Origin: the human T2T-CHM13v2.0 reference genome, Homo sapiens
Length of the DNA: 64,000 nt
Direction: 5' to 3' (one strand)
Assembly (NCBI RefSeq): GCF_009914755.1
Contig: NC_060933.1
Positions 1-12,949 of the stretch are shown piece after piece. A program made the position numbers and the translations under genes. The notes under the pieces were generated by a model. That model made no database searches and was not told where the DNA came from. It saw only the letters and a list, made by a program, of their open reading frames with translations. Position 1 is the first letter of the stretch. Each line of letters opens with the position of its first letter.

Positions 1-1453
1 TCTCCTGGCCACAAATCTTGACCTTGAAATCAGAATCTACAAAGACTACCAGAAAGGTCCACTTACAATTAAATCCGATCATGATCATCCTCAGGTTAAA
101 AAAAAAAGTCTGGTTCCTTATTGTTGACAATATAGGTATGAATTTTTGGTTTTAGCCTTAACAAGCTTTGATTAGGTAAAATATTAGTTGCCAATATAAA
201 TGAAAAACAACAAGCAGAAACTGAGCTGCTGTATTTGAATAAGAGGTGGGGCTAGAAGGCAACTATTTTGTTGATATCTTTGGAGAGGTTACAAAAGGCA
301 TGATTTGAACAAAAAGAAAAGGCAATAAATTAAATTTCAAGATCTTTAACATGCCAGTAGGTTTTAAGCTCCTCTACAGCCTCATCTCTAGCAACTTTTT
401 GTCTTGCATTTTACATTTCAGTAATGCCAAACTACTTGTAGCTCCTGAAAGGTAGCATGTCACTTCAGACCTCCATTTCTCTGCCTTTGCTGTATTGATT
501 CATCCAACTGAATAATCTTTCTCTGTTTTAGAGTAGTTCCTATTTGTTTTTTAAGGTCAACTTTAGGTGTATTCTCCTAAGAATCTTTCCCTAACTCTAG
601 ATGGCTTACATGAATCCCTATAAATCTGAGCCAGACCTATGCTTTCAAGTTACCTTTTTACATATATATCCTTAAGAGCAAGGGCGTGTGCTACCGATTC
701 CTAGTCTGTGGAAGATTTTATGTGATACATAAATGTCTGAGACTACAACTCTGAGTTAGAGCAAGGCAAGTATTTTAAGTCAATAAAGTGACCTGAGAAG
801 TTTGGCGGAATAAAAATTTTATCACAAAATATCTACTGTCCCTGCTTTTGCCAACCTATCATTTTTAAAAGTGCATGTATCTTAGAGATGTATTCTTTTA
901 ATAACCAAATTTATTGGTCTATAAGGGTCCATTGTGCCACTGGAAGGAGGAATAATTTAAATATTCCTTGATATTTTAATTTGTTTTCATTTACCAGATC
1001 TTTCTGAAAATATTAAAATAAAGCTGGAATGACATAAATAGATGGGAGAGGGAATTAAATGGCTGTGAGGAGAAAAGTATATATTCCAAAGATGAACAAA
1101 TATTATTTGATATTAACATTCATTTAGAAATAATCTACTGGTTATGCAATATATATCAGAATGACTATAAAATGGTTAAATAGTTGAATTTTGCATACTT
1201 GCAAGCACAGGTGACTCAAATTTATGTTACACAGACAATATCATGGTAACTATGTTTCAGCCTGTGGGATGGAGAAGGGAATTTATTTTCAGCATGAAAT
1301 TTAGAATTTATGATTCTTGCAACAGGGAGAATATTATAAAATCCCCCCATATGTGGCCAAGAACATAGAATGTATGTTCAAGGGCACCAAATGTAGGATG
1401 TATGTTCAGAGTATGCTCAAATATTTTTCAGTTATATAAGAGGAGGAGCCGAC

Positions 1454-1751
1454 TTTTTTTTTCTTTCTTTCTTTTTCTAGACAGTCTGACTTTGTCGTCC
1501 AGGCTGGAGTGCAGTGGCACGATCTCAGCTCACTGCAATCTTTACTTCCTGGGTTCAAGGGGTTATTGTGCCTCAGCCTCCAGGAGCTGGGATTACGGGC
1601 ACTACCACGCCTGGATAATTTTTGTATTTTTAGCAGAGATGCAGTTTCACCATGTTGGCCAAGCTGTTCTCAAGCTTCTGACCTCAAGTGACCTGCGTGC
1701 CTCAGCCTCCCAAAGTGCTGGGATTACAGACGTGAGCCATGGTGCCCGGCC
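1454..1751 (-). mobile_element. Alu SINE (AluS/J-like)
   Basis: Poly-T followed by the reverse-complement Alu dimer (caggctggagtgcagtggc...ctcccaaagtgctgggattacag...cccggcc). Confidence 0.95.
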
Positions 1752-2135
1752 AAAGCTGACATTTTCAAAGTACATTTTGAAGAAAGTAGACTTCACTGGT
1801 AAATTAATTCTCCGTTAAATGAAGACTTGGAATTATTGCAGAATACAGTTTTAAGTAGAAACAGGAACCTTGATTGACATACTGAACTAATTCTCCAACT
1901 GCAAACTGCTATGATACTGGAGTATCCTGAAATAAAATGAAGAGATACCGCAGAATTTGGATAATACAATTGTAATATAAATCTGGAATGTATTGAAACA
2001 AAATCAGTTCTCCTAGCTACATTTACCAAGGGTTTTTACCAATTTCTTATAAAGAAAAGTAGGAAATTTAAATTTTATTGCATTACATCATACATATATA
2101 TGGAGTAATACAAGAAAATGTATATGAGTACATAT

Positions 2136-2210
2136 GCGTGTGTGCGTGTGTGTGTGTATGTGTATATATTGTTTTATATATATACACACACACACACATA
2201 CACATACATA
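2136..2210. repeat. Compound (TG)n/(TA)n/(CA)n microsatellite next to an Alu tail
   Basis: Dinucleotide runs seen directly. Confidence 0.9.
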
Positions 2211-2510
2211 TTTTTTGTTTTGTTTTGAGACAGGGTCTCACTCTGTCACCCAGGCTGGAATGCTGTGGCACGATCTTGGATCACCACAAACTCCGCTTCC
2301 CAGGCTCAAGGATTCTCCCACCTCAGCCTCCCAAGTGGCTGGGATCACAGGCGCACATCACCACACCTCGCTAATTTTTTTTGTATTTTTGGTAGAGACG
2401 GGGTTTCGCCATGTTGGCCAGGCTGGTCTTGAACTCCTGGCCTCAAGCAATCCTCCCACCTCGGCCTCCGAAAGTGCTGAGATTACAGGCGTCAGCAACT
2501 GCACCTGGCC
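2211..2510 (-). mobile_element. Alu SINE (AluJ/S-like)
   Basis: ttttgagacagggtctcactctgtcacccaggctgg...gcacctggcc; full dimer. Confidence 0.95.
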
Positions 2511-2647
2511 ATCTTATATTTATAGATTTCTATTAATTGAATATTGACCTTTATGCAGTTGTCATTCAATATTCCTCATCCACTTATTCTCTATCAATTC
2601 CTTTGTTGTTTCTATAATGTCCTAAATTAAGGAAGCTTTTTAATAGA

Positions 2648-2813
2648 GAGCAGTGGTTCTCTGATTGCATGTTGGCATCAGCTGGGGAGGGTTTAAAAAT
2701 TACCAATGCCCGTGCCAGAATTCTAATTTAATTCATCTGGGGTGGGGACTATACAGCTGATATATTTTTGTAAATGCTCCCAGTGATGGTAATGTGTATA
2801 CATGGTTCCACTG
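2648..2813. mobile_element. MER5-type hAT-Charlie MITE remnant
   Basis: cagtggttctc start, internal attctaatttaatt..tctggggtgggg and ctcccagtgat..taatgtg...ccactg end, typical of MER5A/B. Confidence 0.7.
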
Positions 2814-3077
2814 TTATAAAGGTATTCTCGGACAAGAAAGCCTTAATACGAGTCTTAGAGTAAACAGAACACAAAAAATTATAGCATTAGGCCTTAAAGT
2901 GTCTTATTTTTATCCATATGCTTTTTAAGTTTCAGTTATGTTTGATAACTTCCAAGACATTAAATCTTTGGTTATATATAGAACACCTCAGATTCAACTA
3001 GCTATGTTTCTTCTACAACAGAGATTGTACATGAGCCAGGATGAGACAAAGAAAATTTGTCATTAAAGAGTTTAGTA

Positions 3078-3415
<338 letters not shown>

Positions 3416-4262
3416 TTATATTAGTGGGGAGGGTAAAAATAAAGATTTTCACGGAATCAGTTCTCACTTGAATAACAAGAGAGGCAGGATATTGGAATGG
3501 AGGGTTAAAATATATGGAAGAATCTAAGTAACATAACAATGATAAGAAAACGAGACGATTAATAAATATCAGAACAAATTCAACCTTAATCACAAACATA
3601 CTTAAAGTTCACTGTAATGCAGAGTTAGGTGTAGCTTAATGTCTGATTTAATACCGCAGATGTAAATCTCAGGCTCACAGAAAACACAGATGATTCTCCT
3701 TGAAAAACCCACTGGACTTTCTTGTACCTCTTTAAAAATTAACATTCCAATTGTAGATCTAAAATAATCTATGTGTTAGAACATGTTAGATATTCATGTT
3801 TATTTAAACTTCAAGACTTCCATATGGTGGCAGTAAGTAGCTGTTCTGTTCAAGGGAAAGAACTGGCACCTGCTCTGTATCTCCATGCACTGAAAATCTC
3901 TACTATAATGTGCTAGGGAATTCTGAATCATTGTAAAAAAACCCATCTTTAAGTTGCCCTCTGAGACCCATGTATTGGAACACACATGTTACAACTCCGA
4001 TGATATGGCAAGACCAAGAACATCTGGCATCCACACTGAGGAAAGACATCAAGACTCGTGGGCTTTCTGGCTCTGCCAACCTTTCCAGTAGTGTTACTTG
4101 CAAATTCCATGAATAGCACAGTACAATAATTACAGTGCCTTGCCTTATCTTTATGCCTCTTGTTTTCTCCAGGTCAAGAACATCTTTTATTCCTTTCTTC
4201 ACATAACTAAATTCTGCTCTTCATTTAGGATGACTGCAAGGAATCTATTAATATTTCTTTCT

Positions 4263-4304
4263 CTTTTGATGGCAAAAACTGCAATTACTTTTGCATCAAT
4301 CTAA
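4263..4304. mobile_element. Half MADE1 / solo Hsmar1 terminal inverted repeat
   Basis: cttttgatggcaaaaactgcaattacttttgcatcaatctaa followed by TA matches one arm of MADE1. Confidence 0.85.
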
Positions 4305-5203
4305 TATTTCAGTCAGGTATTCTTCATATGACTGTCCACCTGATCATACACTTAACACTACCCTAATTCTTTTTACCCAATATTTTAATAATTTTATTCT
4401 CTGTTATACTACACTAGATTGACTAAGATCCTTCATCTCAGAAATGTCTCATCACCCATCACAGTTTTGACTCAAAACTGCCCAATTTACCAGACTTAAT
4501 TTACATTTGGTTTTCCCTATAATATAGTTTAACAGCATACAACGATTGCTTTCATTATGACATTTCTAACAATTATAATTTTATGATTTTTATGTCATCA
4601 CTTCTTTACTGTCTCTCTACAGGCAGAATCTAGCCTTTGTTATGGGGAACACCATATCTGTTTTATTCTTTGTTCTATTATTAACCCCTATCACAGTTTC
4701 TAAAACATAGTAAACATAAGTTTGCTATATTTCAGACATTTACTTTTGAAAAATAATTCAATGAATGAATAAATAAGAAAATATGAATTAAGGGATCAAT
4801 AGGCAATATAAAGTTGAAATGATTATCTGACAATTCAATAAAATAATTATAAACTACTTCAAGTAATTGATAAGGTTTATTTCAGAATCAGCTAGACCAT
4901 TCTTTTCTGCCTCTTACACTTTAATTATCTTTTATTAAGTACATCCATCATGATTTTCTTGGATCCCTAGGGAATTTACAAGTCCCTGAAGATCGTGCCT
5001 ATTTTTAGTGAAATACAAGTGATCAACAGTTTGTTTAATTAGTTTTGTCTGGGCCTGATCCTATCATATCTAAAATTCAGTTCACTGCCTTCAACAAAAG
5101 GTTACTTAAACATGAAAATAGATAAATTGACAGTCATTTTATGTAGATATCTACATTCTTATCTTCACTTGGATAAGCAGAATACATATGCTACATTTCT
5201 TGA

Positions 5204-5616
5204 TGCTATGAATTGCATGTTTGTGTCATCTTCAAAATTCAAATTTAAACTTAATCCCCAGTGCAACGTGTTAAGATATGGTGGATTTAGGAGGTGATTA
5301 GGTTATGAGGGCTCAACTTTCATGGATGGGATTAGCACTCTTACAAACAGGCTTGAGAGAATGAGTTCAGGCCCTTCTGCCCCTCTGCCTTCTACCATGT
5401 GAGGACATAGCATATTTCCCTTCTGCCATGTGAGGACACAGCTAAAAGGCACCCTTTTGCAAGGCACAAGGCCTCCCAGCTGAAAGGCCTTCACCAGAAA
5501 CTGAATCTGCCAGAACTGTGACCATGGACTTTCATCCTTCAAAACTCATAGTTTCTGTTGTTTATAAGCTACCCAGTCTCAAGTATTTCGTATGGTTGTA
5601 TAAACAGACTAAGACA
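5204..5616 (+). mobile_element. MaLR LTR (MSTD/MLT1A1-like), 5' LTR
   Basis: tgctatg...ggaggtgattaggttatgagg...ccatgtgaggacacagc...acagactaagaca end. Confidence 0.85.
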
Positions 5617-7357
5617 GAAATTAGTACTGAGAAGTGGTGTGTTTCTCGGGCTGGGGTAGCTATCTCAGGCTGGCGTTGCTAGAGGAGGAAAAAAAAAAAA
5701 AAGAGAGAGAGGGAGAGAGAGAAGTGGCATGCTTCTGTAACAAATACCATTTGGAAGTGACTCTGGAACTGGGTAATGGATAGAGGCTGTACCCTAAAGT
5801 GCTATTCTGGTGACGGCTTAGAAGAGAAGGAGAAGTGTAGAGAAAGCTTGAATCTTCATAGAGATTACTTAAGTGGTCATGATTATAATGTTGGTAGAAA
5901 TATGGACATGAGAGCTAGTTCTGGTAAGGTCTACAGTGGAAATGAAAAACAATGTATTAGAAACTGAAAGAAAGGCTACCCTTGTTATAAAATGGCAAGG
6001 AATTCAGCTGAATTATGTCTGTGTCCTAGTGCTTTGTGGAAGACAGAACCTGCAGCAATGAGCTAGGATATTTGATGGAAGAAATATCTAAGCAAAATGT
6101 GGAAGGAGCTGCATGGCTAATCTTGGCTGCTTATAGCAAAATGTAGCAAGAGAGAAATAATTTAAAGATGGAATTTATAATTAAAAAAAAAGTTAAAGAT
6201 TTGAAGAAGTATCAGCCTGTCCAGATTGTAAAAAATTAAAAAGTGTGTTAGGGAGAAGACACTAACGGTGTGGCCAAGTGAACATTTGATAATGACATTA
6301 GTATGAATAGAAGGAAGCCAGATACTATTTAGTAAGACAATGAAAGAATGACCCTAAAGGCATTTCAGATATCTTTGAGGCTGTCATTCTCATCACAGAC
6401 CCAGAGTGCCAGGCCCTTGAGGGCAGGATGGTTTTATGAGAGAGGCTCATGTTGCCCATGGGACCTCAGAGGTCACTGCCTAGCATCGCCTCAAGGTTCT
6501 GCTCCATACATTCTGGCACAGCACTCCTTGGCCTCTCCAGCTGTAGCTTAGATGGCCCCAGGTGGTAAACCTTGGAGACGTCCATGTGCTGCTAACTCTG
6601 CATGCACACAGAGTGTATGAACTATGAAAGCATGGCTGCCTCCACCTTGATTTTAAAAGATGCCTTGAAGAGCCTTGGGGACCAGGCAGACAAATGCCAC
6701 AGAAAGCTCCCAGTAAGGTGACACCATGGGGCTAAGACCACTGAAGAGGGTCTCCACAAGAGAAAAGCCTTTTGGAGATGTGCAGGTGAGGCTACCTCAA
6801 AGAACCCACAATTATAGAGCCACCAGCATGCAATGCCAGCCTAGAAGAGCCCACATCTACCCAACTCCAATCCATGAGAGCGGCTGTTGTGCTATGCTTA
6901 GAAAAGCAGTGAAGGTAACCCCCCAACAACCCCATGGCCTTGGGGACTCAACCCCTACCCCAACATATTCAGGGAGTGGGATATGGATTTAAAGAAGATT
7001 ATTTTTAAGCCTGAAGATTTAATGTTATTTGCCTTGTTTGGTTTTGAACTTACTTGGAACCTGTTTCTCCTTTCTTTCTTATTTTTCCCTTTAGAATAGG
7101 AATGCTTATCCTATGCCTATCTCACACTGTATTTGGGAAGCACAAAACTTACTTATAGGTTCACAACTGGGGAAGAATTTGCCTCAGGATAAATCATACA
7201 TTGAGACTCACCTGTATCAGATTTAGATGATATTTAGATGAGATTTTAATTTTTTTAGCTGATGCTGTAAAGAGTTAAGATTTGGGGGACTATTACAATG
7301 AAATGTATATATTCTGTATGTGAGAAAGACATGAATTTGAGGGGCCATGGGCAGAAA
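5617..7357 (+). mobile_element. MaLR internal sequence; 3' LTR absent
   Basis: Starts gaaattagtactgagaagtgg directly after the LTR, includes ggaactgggtaatgg and tgctagaggc-type MaLR-int motifs, and ends at the tract gaggggccatgggcagaa with no LTR following. Confidence 0.8.
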
Positions 7358-9904
7358 ATGTACTGAGTCAGATGAAGGAAAGTTAGGAGGAATTTGGAAG
7401 GAATGTGAGTGATGGTGACATAGCTATGACAGCATTCTCTCCCACTTCCACCCTGCTGAAAAGTATAATAATCAGACTCAGTTCAAAAGAAATTGTGAGA
7501 AACCAACATTGCAATTCCTAGACAACAAGTCATCTGATTAGGGGTTGGGGGGAAGGTTTGAAGGAGCAAGTTGAGAACTTTCAAACTCTGATATCATGAG
7601 CCAGATGATCCCTAGAACAGCCTAGAGAAAGGAAAGAAGAAAGCAAGTAAGAGGGCTAGCATATACATAGGGCTTCCACACAGATGAAAGAACACAGATT
7701 TGCAATTGGAAAAACTTCAAATTTCACTGTTTTATTGTTTGTGCAAGTTTAGAAAAAAAAATCCTCCAGGTCCCAACTTTCTCTTTGATAATCTAAGAAT
7801 AATAGCATTACCCAGTGTTTTTGTGAATATAGTATGAACGTAGCGGGACTTTGATCAAAGTATTCCATTTCCTTTCTCTTCCATATAAGGTAAAAGCCAT
7901 AGCTTTGAGTTTGTTAGTATTCACTCCAAAACTGAACTGAATATACAGACTACATTAGTTTTCCATAATTACCTGTGACTGACTTTCATTGAGAAAGCAT
8001 ATTTACTAGATGTTTAAATAGTAAGTAGATTCTTTGGCAGCCTGGTGGGATCTTGTATGAGTGCTGGCAATAATAACATATGCCTATTTCTCTCAAAGCA
8101 TATTGATGGTGTTTTAAAATACCAGGAATCTATTGTTGTAACACCTCAACTGAATATTGCAACAGGTTAGGCTTTTCACTGAGAACTTATCCTGAGCACA
8201 TGCATTACCTATTTCGGAAACAAAGAAACCTGTGATGCTGCATTCCATATCACAGTTGTTGATATACAGCTTCTTACACAAAGTGCTCTAGATGGAAGCC
8301 AATTGAGGTTAAGAATGTAGGACACTCAACGTAATCTGTAGAAAAGAAGCTTTTACAATAAAGGCAGAGTAGCTGATCTTAACACTAAAAAAAGATGGAA
8401 AGAATAATGAAGGACAAAGTGAGAAGGCAGAATTCAATACACCCTCTCCACTCTAACAGAGAAAGCAGCTACAGTAAAATACTTCCATGTCTGGTACTTT
8501 AAACTTAATACAATATTTTTTCTCAGTTTACAAAATATTTCTTATAACTTACATATTCTTCAACAAATCAGAATGATCTCAAAATGAAATAAGTTGTTTA
8601 AGAGGGAATATAGCAGCAACCAAACTATTAAACTACCTTGTAAGCCTGTATTTTGTGGTGATAATCATATTAAAATTCCAAGGATTTGCTGGGGAATTAA
8701 TGTTTAAATGTTTTTAAAAGTAAGCCCCCATTCCTGGTTATACATTCCATCTCTATAGCTCTGAGTTTCTTAGACATCCTACAACTTAGTAACACAGGTG
8801 ATTCTAATGTAAAGTCAACTCTTGGACATCTCTGATTTAGTTTGTTTTATCATTTTCAATTATCATAGAGGAAACATTTGGAAAAAATAATTAAATTGAT
8901 TAGAGAATAGAAGTCTCAGGCTATTGTTCATGTCCTTGGAAGTAAACTTGAGTATATAGGGCTAGCTGTGGGAAACTATGTAGGCAACAAGTCAAATTAA
9001 AATCATGTGATTGGAGAATGGGAGGAAGTCTGAAGTCAAATTTGCACTCTTTAGAATTTTGCCCACAATATATTGTAAGACAAACAACAACAACAAAACA
9101 ACAATAGGCAAATGAGAAAACTCAAGTTATTTAAGCTCAAATATACAAATGCCACTTACATGAACACTTGAATCATTTCACGGTTTTACGTCCTGATATT
9201 TCCACTTGCATTCACTCTTCCTATATCTATGGTTACTGCCATATTTCAGACCCATGATACATTTTACCTGTGCTGCTGAAGTATTCAAATTGATTCTCAT
9301 TGTTTTCATTCTCCCCATCTCTATTCTATTCTCCACAGTGAATCCAAAATGACTGTTCCCATACATCCAATCTGCCATCTTCAAATTCCTATGCCTATCA
9401 TACGACTATGTGTTCTGACCTCTGCTTATCTCTTGACTATGCCTCTTGTCATAGTCACATGTACACTCCACACTTACTGAATATGTACAGTTTTCAGAAC
9501 ACACCTGATGTAGATTATGTTTTTAACCCCAGTGCCGCCACATTCATGCTACTTCCTCTTTCGGGCCTTTCGCTACCATCTGTACCTTCCCTACCTATGG
9601 TCTAGTTTACCTTTATTTTTATGAATGGAAGCAGCTATAAGATACCCAGAGAGTTTAGGAGAGTCTTGTTGTAATAAAGCTATTCACTGAGTTCTATTTG
9701 CTCAAGGAAAAGCACACTTTAGAGATGCTCTTTTTGAGTCATTATGGTATCAAGTTGGTATTGTTATTGCATGAATCAATGAAGAATAGTCTGATAATGG
9801 AAACACTCAATGGGGATATTTGCATAAATGCTCTGTTTTGTTATATTGATGTGAAAAATTCTGATCCTCTTTCATTAAGGTGATTTTTGTAGAGCATTGT
9901 GAAT

Positions 9905-9907
9905 CAC

Positions 9908-9950
<43 letters not shown>
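9905..9950. repeat. (CA)n microsatellite
   Basis: Seen directly. Confidence 0.95.
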
Positions 9951-9952
<2 letters not shown>

Positions 9953-10249
9953 TCCATTTCCATCTACATTCAAATTTTACTGCATCTCAAGAGCCTAGGA
10001 AATTTTAGTGTGGGAAAAGAGCTGTAGAGAACCAGAGCTAGTAGCTGTTGCAATTACAAAATGATCAGAACATGTCTACATTATCAATCTAACTTACCCT
10101 CTGCCACTCCATTTTGGGGTTAAAATAGAATTTAAAGAGTCTGAATATTTTGACATGATAGAGGGTTAATCTTTCAGGAAATAAAATTTGAAAACCTGTT
10201 CAATGTCTTCACGATGTCATAGAAACACAGAATAAAAGAAGCAACATAT

Positions 10250-10445
10250 TTGTAGGGTAGATGCTTAGTTTTGAACACTAACTTCAAATCAGACACTTAG
10301 AAGTTATACGATATTTTAACAAACAATTTAATTTCCCTGAACTTTATTTTCTGCATCTGTATGTAATAAAATTTACTTCACCAAGTTAGCTAGAAAGTCA
10401 ATGAGAGAGCATAAAGGAATGCATTTTGTATACTATAAAACTGAA
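10250..10445 (+). mobile_element. MIR-family SINE remnant
   Basis: Degenerate core aacaaacaatttaatttccctgaactttattttctgcatctgta. Confidence 0.55.
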
Positions 10446-10673
10446 GAGATTGCACATTAATCACTAAGAGATTATGTTAATATAAAATTCATAATTATCA
10501 CACATTGTAAGATAATTTTATAATTAATATGACCATGACCAATTATTATCATATTCTGGGCTGTGATTCTTGCATTTTCAATCACGAAAAATCAATTACG
10601 ATAATATCAAAAATTATTGTGGATAAACTCCTGTAATATCATTGATAAAGAAAAAGCATAATGGCAGACAGTA

Positions 10674-11952
10674 TTAGGATAGTGCAAACATAACTGTGGT
10701 TTTTTGCATTGTTGAGATTTGCTGTTTGATATTGGAATACATTCTTAAATGAATGTAGGTTATACATCATTTAACTGTTCATTTCTCAATTTATAATTTT
10801 TTTTGCTAATGACTTCTTGTTATTTATTTTATATTTATTTAGACTATGGAAATGATGTTAGACAAAAAGCAAATTTGAGCAATTTTGTTATTCGGGTTCA
10901 AAATGGGTCGTAAAGCAGCAGAGACAACTCTCAAAACATCAGCAACACATTTGGCGCGGGAACTGCTAATGAACGTACAGTGGAGTGGTCGTTCAAGAAG
11001 TTTTGCGAAGGAAACGAGAGGCTTGAAGACGAAGAGTGTAGTGGCCAGCCATTGGAAGTAGACAACGACAAATTGAGAGCAATCATTGAAGCTGATCCTC
11101 TTACAACTACAGGAGAAGTTGCCAAGGAACTCACCATCAATCATTCTATAGTAGTTTGGCATTTGAAGCAGATCGGAAAGGTGAAAAAGCTTGATAAGTG
11201 AATGCCTCATGAACAGAGCAAAAATTTTAAAACATTGTTGTTTTGAAGTGACGTCTTCTCTTATTTTACACAACAATGAACCATTTCTGGATCGAATTAT
11301 GACATGTGATGAAAAGTGGATTTTATATGACAAGCTGCAAAAACCAGCTCAGTGGTTGGATGGAGAAGAAGCTTCAAAGCACTTCCCAAAGCTGAACTTG
11401 CACCAACAAAAGCTCATGGTCACAATTTGGTGGTCTGCCGCCAGCCTGATCTACTACAGCTTTCGGAATCCCAGCGAAACCATTATGTCTGAGAAATATG
11501 CTCAGCAAATCGATGAGATGTGCCAAAAACTTCAAGGCCTGCAGCCGGCATTGGTCAACCAAAAGGATCCAATTCTTCTCTACCACAACGCCTGACCACA
11601 TGTCACATAACCAACCCTTCAAAAGTTGAATAAATTGGTCTACAAAATTGCCTTATCTGCCATATTCACCTGACCTCTCACCAACCAACTACCACTTCTT
11701 CAGGTATTTCGACAATTTTTTGCAGGGAAATTGTTTCTACAACCAGCAGGATGCAGAAAATGCTTTCCAAGAGTTCACTGAATCCCAAAACATGGATTTT
11801 TATGCCATGGGAGTAAGCAAACTTATTTCTTGTTGGCAAAAATGTGTTGATTGTAATGGTGTCTATTTTGATTAATATAGATGTGTTTGAGCCTAACTAT
11901 AACAATTTAAAATTCACAATCCAAAACCACAATTATTTTTGTATCAACCTAA
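10674..11952 (+). mobile_element. Full-length Hsmar1 mariner DNA transposon
   Basis: 30-bp TIRs (ttaggatagtgcaaacataactgtggtttt and aaaaccacaattatttttgtatcaacctaa), TA duplication at 10672-73 and 11953-54, about 1.28 kb long. Confidence 0.97.
10846..11875 (+). pseudogene. Disrupted Hsmar1 transposase
   Basis: Begins MEMMLDKKQI; motifs RIMTCDEKW and YSPDLSPTNYHFF; ends CVDCNGVYFD*. It has several stops and frameshifts (WVPHEL reads *MPHEQ). Confidence 0.95.
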
Positions 11953-12035
11953 TACTATAGATTTAACAATATTAAATTACAAAGCCTTTTAATTCAAAAT
12001 AACAGGCATATATCTTTTGGGTGAACAGTAAAACA

Positions 12036-12036
<1 letters not shown>

Positions 12037-12096
<60 letters not shown>

Positions 12097-12150
12097 TATA
12101 TATAAAACATATATACTGACCATACGTATACACACGTGTGAGTGTGTGTT
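12037..12150. repeat. (TA)n(CA)n microsatellite
   Basis: Seen directly. Confidence 0.95.
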
Positions 12151-12949
12151 TGTGTAAACTCCATGCTTGATGGACGGATGGAATAGATCTGTGAGCAACA
12201 AAACCACAGTTACTCAGGAATTCTTGACTTAAAAGTCAGCAGCATCAGTGCTAGATGAATGCCATATATACATGAATAGAATCCAAAAACCTATCAGCCT
12301 AACTCCAAATTTTAATAACTTCCTCAGTGTCCTCCCAGCACTTAGTAATAGGGCCAGTATTGTTTAAATACTATCATTTTTTCATCGATTATTTAAGTTT
12401 CTTGTCTGTTCACAGATACAGTATTTGAAGATTCCAAATTCCTCAATAAAATTAAATTGTTTATTTTCATTAGCAAAGCAAAGTTCTGACAAAATATTTG
12501 ATGCCTTATTTGAGGTGTTAGGAAAATGACTGGAATTAGATCAATGGTGTTTTTTATAAAGCAAAACCTGCTATAAATATAGATTAGATTTGCAACCAGA
12601 TTTCATTAACTTATCAAAGGAGCAGTGGGTCAGCAATTTCGAGACATTTTCCTTCAGAACTCTTGTCACATTCCAGAATTTCTCAGAATGATTTTGGTAT
12701 TTATATGGGAATTTCGAAAGAAACTTCAAAAGAAAGTATGTGACTAATTCTACATGCCTGCATTTTGTTACCTAAATTCTGGAGAGGGACATGTAATGTC
12801 AGATGACGACATCTCTACCCTCCTTGCCACCTAGGTACAAAACCTCAGTCATCCCTATACATTCTTCTCTTTCTTACTTTTCAACCACTTGACATCTAAG
12901 TATATATGTATGGTTGTTATCCCTAAAATAATAGCCAAAGTTGTCCTGC

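Noticed and set aside
5660-5682. U3 snoRNA similarity (ctggcgttgct)
   Set aside because: The match is only 11 nt and the flanks do not agree, which is not enough to assign the source of the micro-insertion.
10846-11875. SETMAR gene or an active mariner transposase
   Set aside because: There is no SET-domain exon, and the frame has several stops and frameshifts; this is a standalone TIR-flanked fossil.
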